From positions 1-39,892 of IMG/VR virus record IMGVR_UViG_3300045988_061665: 39,892 bases of DNA. The stretch is one strand, 5' to 3'. Positions 33,235 through 39,892 of this stretch are shown in pieces. Origin of the DNA: a virus. Numbering within the stretch: the first letter of the stretch is position 1; the number at the start of each line of letters is the position of its first letter. The position numbers were made by a program, and so were the translations under genes. Below the pieces are notes generated by a model, which saw only the letters and a list, made by a program, of their open reading frames with translations, had not been told where the DNA came from and searched no databases.

Positions 33235-34425
33235 TTACTGTTTAATCAATGTTACCTCTTTATCAACAGCTGCTTCTGCTACCACTACGGTCTCAGTAAT
33301 CGTTCCATAGCCTGCCTTCTTAATCTTTGCCGGGTACGATCCTTCACGCAGGTTAAACTCTGCAATACCAGTGGAAGAGGTCTTCTTTCTCGATCCGTTG
33401 ACGTCCACCACTGCACCAGCGACAGCTGCCGGAGCATCTGCATTATCCTTAACCGTAAAGGTTACCTTCTGAGTAGTTGCCGGAGTAGCTGGCTCTAGGT
33501 ATGCAAACGGACAGCCCAAACGATCCGTGTCCATACGTGTAGCTGGATTCGGGAGCGCCCACCCCATGCGGAATACAATACGCAATGCAACCATGTCCTG
33601 CTGAGCCAGATTATACGTAATCTCTTTTGTAATCGGGTCCTGGATAACACCCTGGTCAAGAATCTTAACTGTGACATCCTGTCTGATCGAGTAAACCGCC
33701 TGCTTGAAGTCTCCTACAATCAGCTGGGCAATAGCATTATCATAAGCCCCATTCTGTGGAAAATACAGCGGTGCCCCGTCCAATGCATAGTTGGTGGATC
33801 CCTGCATATCGCTCTTAAAGATCAGGCTGCCGTCCGTGGCCCTGATCCCTCTTAACTTTGCTCTCATGCTCATAGACGCCAGGGCTCCGGTTGCCATGAA
33901 CCCGTCTTCCTCTACTTTGGAAATAACGCCGCCTTCTCCAAGTAACAGATTGTAATAATCCGGATTGGATCCTACTGCTACATTGTTTCCTGCCTGTCTG
34001 GCAAGGGTGATAATATCATTCGGCCAGTTTGCCGGGCGGTTGATTCCGAAGATAATAGCGCTGTCAACTCGCTGCCCGATTGCCTCATTCACCCTCGGTG
34101 TAATTTCTCCAAAGATATCAAACTCTGCATCGTCCAGCACCGCCTCCGGAATCGGAACAATAACTGCCAGTTCTGCGGCATTCATGTAGACGTTATCCCA
34201 CGCTTGCCTAGTTGTCTGCTTCATGCCGGTATCGCCGTCTACCCAGTAGGCAGTCGGGAGGAAATCGAGTACCCTCATGCGAGTCTGGTTACTGGTCATG
34301 TTCGGAAGTTTCCGCGCCATACTCATAAATGTGGACTGCTTCGGTGCGTCCTGAAAAATTGTTGAAATTACCTGTTCGCGAATAATGGCCTCCGCGTCAG
34401 ATCTGCTTGTAATGTGTACTGCCAT
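33235..34425 (-). CDS. Major capsid protein with a C-terminal Ig-like/beta-sandwich extension
   Basis: Position after the scaffold gene; 396 aa. The C-terminal TFTVKDNADAPAAVAGAVVDVNGSRKKTSSTGIAEFNLREGSYPAKIKKAGYGTITETVVV resembles a decoration-type domain. Confidence 0.85.
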   Translation of the reverse strand: MAVHITSRSDAEAIIREQVISTIFQDAPKQSTFMSMARKLPNMTSNQTRMRVLDFLPTAYWVDGDTGMKQTTRQAWDNVYMNAAELAVIVPIPEAVLDDAEFDIFGEITPRVNEAIGQRVDSAIIFGINRPANWPNDIITLARQAGNNVAVGSNPDYYNLLLGEGGVISKVEEDGFMATGALASMSMRAKLRGIRATDGSLIFKSDMQGSTNYALDGAPLYFPQNGAYDNAIAQLIVGDFKQAVYSIRQDVTVKILDQGVIQDPITKEITYNLAQQDMVALRIVFRMGWALPNPATRMDTDRLGCPFAYLEPATPATTQKVTFTVKDNADAPAAVAGAVVDVNGSRKKTSSTGIAEFNLREGSYPAKIKKAGYGTITETVVVAEAAVDKEVTLIKQ

Positions 34426-34437
34426 CTTTTAATCCTC

Positions 34438-34971
34438 CTATTCTTTTCCTAAAATGCTTCTAAGCGCTTCATTCGCTCTTGTCTTTGTATCATCTATCGC
34501 CTGACCGCCAGGGCCAGGAGTTGGTGCAACCACCCGTGGTATCTGTGTGTCCTGAAACAGATAGGAATTATCCTTTTTTACCGCCTCAATAGCCGCTTTG
34601 ATATCAGACTCCTGATTCTTACTCCCCTTTAACTTATCTACATCCAGAAACGGCATGACTGCTTTTAAATCTCTGGGCTTATATCCTTCGGCTGTGGCCT
34701 TCAGAAGGTCGTTAAAATCCCGATCAGCCAGTTGCCTTTTATACTCTGCCTCTTTGGTTGCAAGGTCATTTGTAAGTGTTGTCACTTTAGTCTGAAGCTC
34801 TGAGATATTCACACCTTCAAAACTTTTCAGCGTTGTCTGTGCCGTCTCTAACTGTCCTTTGTAATTATCCCGTTCCTGTTTGATGGCCTCAATATCATTT
34901 CCATTCTCGGCCATAATGCTGTCTACCTGTTCTTTTGTCAGTCCCATGTCCTCTAAAAATTTACGTTTCAT
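34438..34971 (-). CDS. Scaffolding protein (GP20-like)
   Basis: MKRKFLEDMGLTKEQVDSIMAENGNDIEAIK..., coiled coil. Positioned before the capsid gene. Confidence 0.75.
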   Translation of the reverse strand: MKRKFLEDMGLTKEQVDSIMAENGNDIEAIKQERDNYKGQLETAQTTLKSFEGVNISELQTKVTTLTNDLATKEAEYKRQLADRDFNDLLKATAEGYKPRDLKAVMPFLDVDKLKGSKNQESDIKAAIEAVKKDNSYLFQDTQIPRVVAPTPGPGGQAIDDTKTRANEALRSILGKE

Positions 34972-35046
34972 CCTGCTCCTTTCCCGCTACGCTTTTATAC
35001 GGGGTTGCTTCCCATGCGCTGGTAGTTTTACGCCGTGCCGGGCAAT

Positions 35047-36231
35047 TTATTTCTTTGCTATTCGCATTCTCTCCCTCTGTTCCGGGAGCCGCATTTGTTT
35101 TGAAAACTCTGTATATGTTTTATCCGTTAATCTCAACCTGCACTTAGCCGCCGTAATGTCGTCCGAATCAACTTCTGCCTCCTGGAGTAACTTAATATCC
35201 TGTTTCTGCTTTCGAATCGTGCGTTCAAGCCTCCGCTGATACTGCAATGCTCCGTATGTATCGTATTCCCTGCCGCGGTAAATCCTTTTTTCATTCTCTT
35301 TCCGGTTCTGCTCCTCTAACCACTCATCAGAGTACTTACGTTTACTGATCCCCGGAAGAAACGGAAACTTAATATGATAGCAATTGATACCGGCGAATCC
35401 CAGCAGTTCACCCTCTCCGCAGATGGTCCGCATTTCCTCCGAGCTGTAAACCTTTCCTTGCCAGCTTTGGTGATTTAGGTATCCCGTACCGGTGTTACGG
35501 GCTCCCATATGCCAGTCTACTTCCCAGTGATCCGTTCCCAGCTCTTCCGCATTCTTATTACTTACCTGCTTCGTCATCTGTGCCACTCCGGTCATCACCG
35601 CCCGCCTGGCCGCCACCTCGATACGGTCTGACTTGCCAGATGCATAATCCACGGTGCGAATCCCACTGTCCGTCATTTCGTCGATCACGTCACCGATCGC
35701 CTGATTATAGGTTTTGGCTCCTGTAGTAATCCCTAGCATGGCCCTGTCCAGACTCTGCTCCAGGTACTCCGAAAGCGGTGTGAATGCCTTCTTTCCAGCA
35801 CCCATAGGCACATTAAAACCGGTGGTCTGAGTAATATTCTCCATCGGCCGCAGCGTGTCCTTTGTCTGCCGCCTGGCCGCGTCTACTGCCTGTTGCAGCC
35901 ATTGATTATCCTCATAGCGCTGATAATCCTTTCCTGCCTCTTCGTAAATTGTCTTATTACGCACGTAATCCGACCGGGCAGCCTGCTCATAGATATCATC
36001 AATTTGTAGATCAGCTTCCTTGATTGCCTCCCCGATCAGCTGCTTAATCCGTGTCTTACTCTCACCGATTGCAGTGAGTCGCACCAGCAGCCAGTCAATA
36101 ACCGGTGTAATCTGTGCTGCCTCCTTAATGCGATCCACGATCTCGGACATAATAGACAGCTCCAGCGCCGTCATAGTGCGCTCCAATGGCTTCGGCAGCT
36201 TCTCCAATTCATCAGGCGTCATCAATCTCAC
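35047..36231 (-). CDS. Minor capsid / head morphogenesis protein
   Basis: Position after the portal gene. N-terminus LPKPLERTMTALELSIMSEIVDRIKE is typical of phage minor capsid protein 2-type. Confidence 0.75.
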   Translation of the reverse strand: MRLMTPDELEKLPKPLERTMTALELSIMSEIVDRIKEAAQITPVIDWLLVRLTAIGESKTRIKQLIGEAIKEADLQIDDIYEQAARSDYVRNKTIYEEAGKDYQRYEDNQWLQQAVDAARRQTKDTLRPMENITQTTGFNVPMGAGKKAFTPLSEYLEQSLDRAMLGITTGAKTYNQAIGDVIDEMTDSGIRTVDYASGKSDRIEVAARRAVMTGVAQMTKQVSNKNAEELGTDHWEVDWHMGARNTGTGYLNHQSWQGKVYSSEEMRTICGEGELLGFAGINCYHIKFPFLPGISKRKYSDEWLEEQNRKENEKRIYRGREYDTYGALQYQRRLERTIRKQKQDIKLLQEAEVDSDDITAAKCRLRLTDKTYTEFSKQMRLPEQRERMRIAKK

Positions 36232-37607
36232 TCCTCTGTCAGTGCCGGCTCAGGCAGATTCTTTTCTGCCTCCTCCAACGTTTCACCATACCACTTAGCC
36301 CGGTACTCCTCCAGACGCATCACTCCCATGGCTACATCCTGTCTGTCTTCCTGACGTTCCAGTTCTGCATCCACGACGATGCTGTCATCCCAGTCAAAGG
36401 AAACCTCATAATTATCACCAGCTGGTACCAGCCCGTAAAGTACCGCCCAGAAGTTCATGGCGTAAACCAGGTCTTCTAATGCTGCCTGTAATGCCATCTG
36501 GGTGTCTGACACCATTGTGTAAGACCGCTGCTTGCTGGCCTTAATCTCAGTAGCCGTTTTATCTACGCTCTGAGGATCTGACAGGGTGCCATAAGCCAGA
36601 CAGCTGTTAAACTCAATCAGCTTCAGCTGGTTATTGAACCCGTTAAACAATGCAGTGTCCCGGATATCCGGGCTGAAAGTATCAATAAACGGCTTATCTG
36701 TGGCGCCTGTATTGTACTCCAGGTTACGATACAGCCGGTCTTTCCCGCCTGGATATTCAAATTTGTCCTGATCTTTGTTGTACTTAAGGAGCGATGTTGC
36801 CACATGCACAGCCAACTGTGTCCCGTCATACTCCCAGCAGATATTAGAGTATCGCCGGTCTGCCTCCTTAATCAGATTGACCGCTCTGGAATAGACCGAT
36901 ACCCCCAGCGGGCTGTCCGAATCGTAAGCATTCGCCATTGGGATCTTGAAATACCCCAGCAGCAGCCGGTCAGTGCCTTCAAGGACAATATCCGGCGCCA
37001 GTTCCGACCATCTGTCGATGGAGTTTACCGGTACCTCGCTTCCAAGGCTGTAATCATTGGTTGCTACAAAAGCCCTGTTGATAATGTGTACCGCAGTCTC
37101 ACCCAGCGTGTGAATCTCCAGTCTGGTATATATCTTCTGTCCTTTCCTGAATTGCTCCGTAAACACGCACTGTGTAATTCTCCCGGAGCTGTCAAAAGAC
37201 AACGGAAAGAAACAGTCTGCCTGGACAAACTGGACCTCTAATCCCTGCTGAGTGATATATGGCTTCATGGCCAGGCCGCCCTTTGCGCATCCATACTCCA
37301 CATACCGGCGCAGGTCTTTCAGCACCTTACTTTTGTATGCCGCGTTCAGGTAATCCGCAGATGCTCCCCCGGTGATCTCTGACTTCATTTCCAGCGTCAC
37401 CAGCCGGGCCAGCTCTGAGGCAATGGCCGGCGCCAGGTTCGCGCTTAACACGTCCTCGTTATTTACCCACGGGGACCGGTTCTCATACATTCTGGTCCAT
37501 AGTTCGATCTGGTTCGCCATCTGTGAGGTCAGACAGACATCTACCTGAGTATCGGAATCCCGATTCAGGATATTGGTCACCAGATCCAGCATTTTTGTAA
37601 ACTTCAC
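36228..37607 (-). CDS. Portal protein (SPP1 Gp6-like)
   Basis: 459 aa, following terL. GTG start 7 nt after aaggagg. Confidence 0.85.
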   Translation of the reverse strand: MKFTKMLDLVTNILNRDSDTQVDVCLTSQMANQIELWTRMYENRSPWVNNEDVLSANLAPAIASELARLVTLEMKSEITGGASADYLNAAYKSKVLKDLRRYVEYGCAKGGLAMKPYITQQGLEVQFVQADCFFPLSFDSSGRITQCVFTEQFRKGQKIYTRLEIHTLGETAVHIINRAFVATNDYSLGSEVPVNSIDRWSELAPDIVLEGTDRLLLGYFKIPMANAYDSDSPLGVSVYSRAVNLIKEADRRYSNICWEYDGTQLAVHVATSLLKYNKDQDKFEYPGGKDRLYRNLEYNTGATDKPFIDTFSPDIRDTALFNGFNNQLKLIEFNSCLAYGTLSDPQSVDKTATEIKASKQRSYTMVSDTQMALQAALEDLVYAMNFWAVLYGLVPAGDNYEVSFDWDDSIVVDAELERQEDRQDVAMGVMRLEEYRAKWYGETLEEAEKNLPEPALTEE

Positions 37608-37619
37608 TCCATCACCTCC

Positions 37620-38879
37620 TTATTCACACCGTATAAACCGGCTTATATCGCGCTCAAAGGTATATTCAAATGCGTCCAATGTATCAATATCGCTTGTACC
37701 ATCATCTAAGCGCGCGTCCTCAACCAGGCTCTTTTTTTCATCCCATAAGGCCGTAGTCAAGGCATCTTCCAGCGTCTGGCATTGACCTGCCATATATCGA
37801 TACCGGCGCTGGCTGAGCATACGCTGTGTGAAGCGTATCCGGTCATTGATCGTCGTCTTAAGCGCGTTTTCAATTCTGATCCAGGACAATCCGGCTTTTC
37901 GCGCCGATGTCCGGAGCCCGGCAATCAGGGTCTGCTCTGCGTTATCACAATACACATGGGTAATGTACCCGTACAGGTTGATTATCTTAAGGCAGAAGTC
38001 CACGAACAGATCCCCCAGTATGTTTGGGTCTATGCTGCCGTTTTTGCTCATGTGCCGCTCACTGGCCAACGCCACTAATGCCCCGTAGCCCCTGGTCGTT
38101 GCCGTAGCAACAAATGCATGACCGGAACCGCTCCCCCCAAAGTCGACGCCTATGTTAATCTCCATCAGGTTCTTAGGCTTTTCATGAATAATGTACGGAT
38201 TATCCCGGGTATCACTTGACACCGCGTCACACATCAGCTTATAGATGGATCCCTCTGCTGCCACCCATAAGCCACGGATATACCGGTCATACAATACGGT
38301 ACCCTTGTACTCCTTGCACAGCTCCGTCACAAAGTTCTGGTCAAGAAATGGATTGTCAAATATCTCATACTTTTGAAGGTATATGTCCGCATCCGAATCC
38401 AGAAACTTTTTAAACCAGTGCTGCGGCGCGTCCGGATTGCAGGCCCCATCAAAACAGGAATATGGTTTATCCAAACGGGACTTAAGCATATCGAATACAT
38501 CTTTGTTCCAGTCTGTCACCTCGTCACCGTAGCAGTATTTAAGCCCGGATCCCCGAAGCTTTGAAACCTGGCTGATCTTTTCCGCACCCAGGCAGTAAAC
38601 ATCTTCCCCGAACATAGGACAAATGTTCTGTGAATTGATATCGCCAACGAGCCGCGTTCCCCATATACCTTGCAGAGGTTCAACGATATTTCTTTGGATT
38701 GTGCCCTTAGACACCCCCAGGATGGCGGTCAGCCCTTCTTTCCCAACTCTCGCCCGGATACGCTTCGGAATTACATAATAGTCCATGTAGGTTTTCCCTG
38801 ATCGCGTAGCCCCAGACTTTATGTTCCAACGATGGTTCGCGTTCTCAAAAAATTCCTGCTGTTTTTTTGAAAAAGGCAT
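37620..38879 (-). CDS. terL: Terminase large subunit
   Basis: Walker A GATRSGKT near the N-terminus. Size and position. Confidence 0.95.
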   Translation of the reverse strand: MPFSKKQQEFFENANHRWNIKSGATRSGKTYMDYYVIPKRIRARVGKEGLTAILGVSKGTIQRNIVEPLQGIWGTRLVGDINSQNICPMFGEDVYCLGAEKISQVSKLRGSGLKYCYGDEVTDWNKDVFDMLKSRLDKPYSCFDGACNPDAPQHWFKKFLDSDADIYLQKYEIFDNPFLDQNFVTELCKEYKGTVLYDRYIRGLWVAAEGSIYKLMCDAVSSDTRDNPYIIHEKPKNLMEINIGVDFGGSGSGHAFVATATTRGYGALVALASERHMSKNGSIDPNILGDLFVDFCLKIINLYGYITHVYCDNAEQTLIAGLRTSARKAGLSWIRIENALKTTINDRIRFTQRMLSQRRYRYMAGQCQTLEDALTTALWDEKKSLVEDARLDDGTSDIDTLDAFEYTFERDISRFIRCE

Positions 38880-39743
38880 CTATATGACCCCCTTAATCTC
38901 AGACAGTACCTGGTCAAGCTTCTGCAATTCCCCGGTACTTTTCGCACCGTTGAGTCTATTGGTGTTTGCCTTAAGCTGCGCGATCCTCGCCCGCTGCTCC
39001 TCTGTTGCCATATCCATATGATTCGCGATCCAGTCCAGCGCCTTCATGCGGTCCGCCAGCTTTATACTGGCGCCATCCTTTCCCTGCTTTACCTCAGTAA
39101 TGAGAGTACCGTCTACCTCACCAGATTCACGGAAGCGAACACTGTTGATTGTTTTCATGAGCGGTATTTTACCATCACCGTTCGGATCATCTACTTGTAC
39201 CGGCCCGAATGCTCCCATTACCTGGACCTCTTCCCGGCCAAAATCCACATAGTCGGTAATATCTGAAAAGGCAATGTCCATGTACTTCTGGAAAATATCG
39301 TGTTCGTCCAGCATCTCGCGGTTGAGGCGCGCTTGCTTCAAGTGAGTGATTTCCTCCCTGATACGAGCATTTCTGAGCAGCCGCGGACCATTGACCACTG
39401 CTGTATTGTAATCAACACCATACGCATTCTGGTAAGCTTTCGTCGCATTGAAACATCGGATATACCGAATACAAAAAAGCCGCTGCTTATCGGTAAGGTC
39501 AGGATTTTCTATTACCTGCATCACCTCTTCAGCAACAGCTTTCTTCTCTTTCCGAACGTTCGCTTTTTTTTCCGAACGCTCGCTATTGTTTTCCGAACGT
39601 TCGCTTACCCATTTATATGTTGATTTCCAGCGCCGTACCGTTCCTTCTGGTAGATTTAGTTCGTTCGCAATCTCCACTAACTTTTTCCCAGAAAGAAACA
39701 TTGCTTCTGCCTGCTGTACTCTCTGATCTGGCGCTCTTGCCAT
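38880..39743 (-). CDS. terS: Terminase small subunit
   Basis: N-terminal HTH (LVEIANELNLPEGTVRRWKSTYKW). LTDKQRLFCIRYIRCFNATKAYQNAYG is a Terminase_2-like motif. gaggtg RBS before the ATG at 39743. Confidence 0.85.
   Translation of the reverse strand: MARAPDQRVQQAEAMFLSGKKLVEIANELNLPEGTVRRWKSTYKWVSERSENNSERSEKKANVRKEKKAVAEEVMQVIENPDLTDKQRLFCIRYIRCFNATKAYQNAYGVDYNTAVVNGPRLLRNARIREEITHLKQARLNREMLDEHDIFQKYMDIAFSDITDYVDFGREEVQVMGAFGPVQVDDPNGDGKIPLMKTINSVRFRESGEVDGTLITEVKQGKDGASIKLADRMKALDWIANHMDMATEEQRARIAQLKANTNRLNGAKSTGELQKLDQVLSEIKGVI
39549..39605. repeat. Three phased direct repeats TTTCCGAACG(T/C)TCGCT inside terS (candidate pac/TerS-binding array)
   Basis: Copies at 39549, 39569 and 39590, spaced 20 and 21 bp. 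Copies 1 and 3 contain the 10-bp palindrome cgaacgttcg; copy 2 has cgaacgctcg. Confidence 0.5.
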
Positions 39744-39760
39744 GGTATCACCTCTATTCG

Positions 39761-39798
39761 CATAAAATAAAGGCACCCGTTTGCCGCCGGATGCCTTT
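39761..39798 (-). terminator. Strong intrinsic terminator 25 nt upstream of the terS start codon
   Basis: Minus strand: aaaggcatccg gcggcaaa cgggtgccttt (11-bp stem, one G-U) followed by attttatg. Confidence 0.55.
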
Positions 39799-39837
39799 TA
39801 CAAGAAGGAACAAAAAATGAAAGAAAAAGCGGAACAC

Positions 39838-39892
39838 CACGGAATCGAACCGGAACCCAGGGCGCGACCCTGTCCATCTGCCATTGATGGTA
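39838..39892. repeat. Terminal direct repeat, copy 2 (identical to 1..55)
   Basis: Exact 55/55 identity with the window start. Confidence 0.95.

Larger units (their letters stand above)
1..39892. mobile_element. Complete temperate siphovirus-type phage genome (circularly closed contig)
   Basis: Full set of lysogeny, replication/recombination, packaging, head, tail and lysis modules. The 55-bp exact terminal overlap indicates a circular or concatemeric assembly. Confidence 0.9.

Noticed and set aside
1-39892. CRISPR arrays, diversity-generating retroelement, rRNA, transposase/IS elements, serine invertase
   Set aside because: No regularly spaced repeat-spacer array, no reverse-transcriptase-like ORF or template/variable repeat pair, no rRNA-like sequence and no transposase or resolvase motifs were seen in any frame.

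Overview
The window appears to be a complete temperate siphovirus-type phage genome of about 39.8 kb, assembled as a closed circle: bases 1-55 are identical to 39838-39892. Strong GGAGG ribosome-binding sites, a CHAP endolysin with choline-binding-type repeats, and XkdX, ImmA/ImmR-type and SHOCT genes suggest a Firmicutes (probably Clostridia-like) host; this is inference only. Almost all genes are on the minus strand. Read in transcription order around the circle, the modules are as follows. (1) A cro-like early operon (13644 down to about 1931) carries an Xis-like HTH, an Erf/DUF1351/HNH recombination module, a replisome organizer, a LexA-DBD-only protein, YopX, a PAPS-reductase-like protein and a clamp-like protein. 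(2) Next come a XerC/D-like tyrosine recombinase and a sigma-region-4-like late regulator (1776 down to 226). (3) A structured leader with a tRNA-like element and an intrinsic terminator spans the circular junction. (4) The late operon follows: terS, terL, portal, minor capsid, scaffold, major capsid, head-tail joining, major tail, chaperones, tape measure, baseplate and fibre genes, XkdW/XkdX-like genes, holin and endolysin (39743 down to 17544). The plus-strand lysogeny island (13831-17310) holds a cI-like repressor, an ImmA protease, an AT-rich cargo region and an integrase, followed by an attP-like site. The most notable observation is a roughly 640-bp segment (19632-20273) bounded by 18-bp inverted repeats. 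Inverting it would swap the C-terminal domain of the tail fibre for a silent, in-frame alternative cassette. No serine invertase is present, but there is an orphan second tyrosine recombinase. Other points of interest are a G10 tract fusing two fibre-module ORFs, phased repeats inside terS, phased operator repeats, and three plus-strand genes or cargo regions: the AT-rich lysogeny-island cargo and two genes inserted antisense in minus-strand operons. All functional calls come from motif and architecture recognition by eye. No database search or folding program was run.
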